From assembly GCF_001194135.2 (NCBI RefSeq), contig NC_068981.1:22472472-22536471 (forward strand): a stretch of 64,000 bases of DNA. Reading direction: 5' to 3'. Under the pieces are notes generated by a model that was given only the letters and a program-made list of their open reading frames with translations, did not search any database and had not been told where the DNA came from. Position numbers and translations under genes: made by a program. This DNA is from Octopus bimaculoides. Its lineage: Eukaryota. Positions 62,761 through 64,000 of this stretch are shown here, piece after piece (the stretch's first letter is position 1; every line of letters begins with the position of its first letter).

Positions 62761-64000
62761 CAATTTCTCCTGTTCGGGCAAACAAACCTATGTTCTCTCT
62801 CCGCCTCTTATAAGTTTGCTACAATTGCATACTTATGAATTTGTAAAATTAAAAATTTATTATTGTTTCAGCACATCCCCTCCTAACCCCTAGAGGTTCA
62901 CAGATACTAAAAATTTCCCTGCCCTTGCTCTTTAAGGTCTCTCAACCTGCTTGAAATAGACCCAAATGTCTACCATACCATGCCCTACGGTTCTGAACCC
63001 ACTGGACGAATGTAGTCAAACAGTGAATGATTGTCTGAAACATGATGAGATGTCATGGATGGAGTGCCTATGATCATAGTTGCTCTATCAGGTTTGATCT
63101 TGAGAAAGACAACAACTGTTAATCAGTCACTGATATCAGTAAATCCTTTGTATTGACTTTGGCAGAATGTTAGCATCAGGTATTTGATCTGACTTCACAA
63201 ATCTTTCATTGAATAATGAGAGAAATTTTGGGGTGTGGGGAACAATCAACCACAATACTTTTGAGGAGAGAGGATAATGCCCAAGACCCCTCATAAGCCT
63301 TCCAAGACTAATGCATGGGAGAGAGACTAGGGAAACCTGTCCTGAACTCTTGCAACAGAGTGGACCCTACTAAAGACACCTAAAATGCTTGGTTGTAGTG
63401 GTATTAGACTAGGCAACGGATTGTCTACCTTAGAAAGATTAAAGGTAAAGTTGACCTCATCAGGATTTGAACTCAGTATGTAGGTTACCATTAACTAAGT
63501 ATTGGATATTTTGTCCATTTTAATGATTCTACCAATCCATTAATCTCATCATTATCATCATCATTACTAAATACCAACAATAATAAAGTAGAATTTAATG
63601 CAAATTTAGTTTTATCATTAATATTTAATTATAAAATCATTGATTATGCATTAACTTGGTAAAGTGAATTTGATGAAAGGAATTATTTCAAAATCTATTT
63701 TGGGAAGCATGTCAACTTAAGAGTGTGAAACATGTAAATCCAAAGAATTTAATATCTTAAATCTTTTAAAAAGGTCTTCCAATTTGATAAATTAATATCA
63801 TATTCTCTTCATACTACAATGTCCCTGTTAAGCCTACTAAGTCATGAAACGTGAACTCTGAATAATTGTAATGTTAATTGCTTTTAAATTCTTTTAAGTG
63901 CAAAGCTTATTTTTGCAATGTAGTGTGACACGCATTACCTGCAAGATATTGATTCCATCGAATGATATGAAAGTTGAAGTTGATCCTGGCAGAATTTAGA

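Overview
AT-rich, microsatellite-dense metazoan DNA with seven N gaps. It is essentially intergenic or intronic and dominated by transposable elements. The SINE and LINE-tail families, (GAT)n tails and (CA)n/(TA)n density look like an octopus (coleoid cephalopod) genome; this is pattern recognition, not a database result. No host protein-coding gene could be identified, only weak + strand exon candidates. Best-supported content: (1) a ~1.5-kb Penelope-like RT + GIY-YIG pseudogene resembling the Naiad type (23968-25449, -); (2) a TIR-to-TIR Tc1-like DD37E (TRT-type) transposon with TA TSDs and long asymmetric TIRs (30306-31697); (3) mariner, R4/Dong, RTE and Ty3/Gypsy-protease relics; (4) MITEs of mariner, hAT and piggyBac type, plus DINE-1/HINE-like and Helitron-like elements; (5) two decayed PLE-type minimal hammerhead ribozyme motifs; (6) an initiator tRNA-Met pseudogene; (7) many modular SINEs, two local duplications and several minisatellites. 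I did not find a convincing wholly new system. The best leads are the hammerhead-like motifs, the DD37E element, the PLE with extended linkers, a head-to-head HINE pair able to form long dsRNA, and an unclassified hairpin-rich element at ~62.55-62.75 kb. Coordinates of degenerate repeats are approximate.
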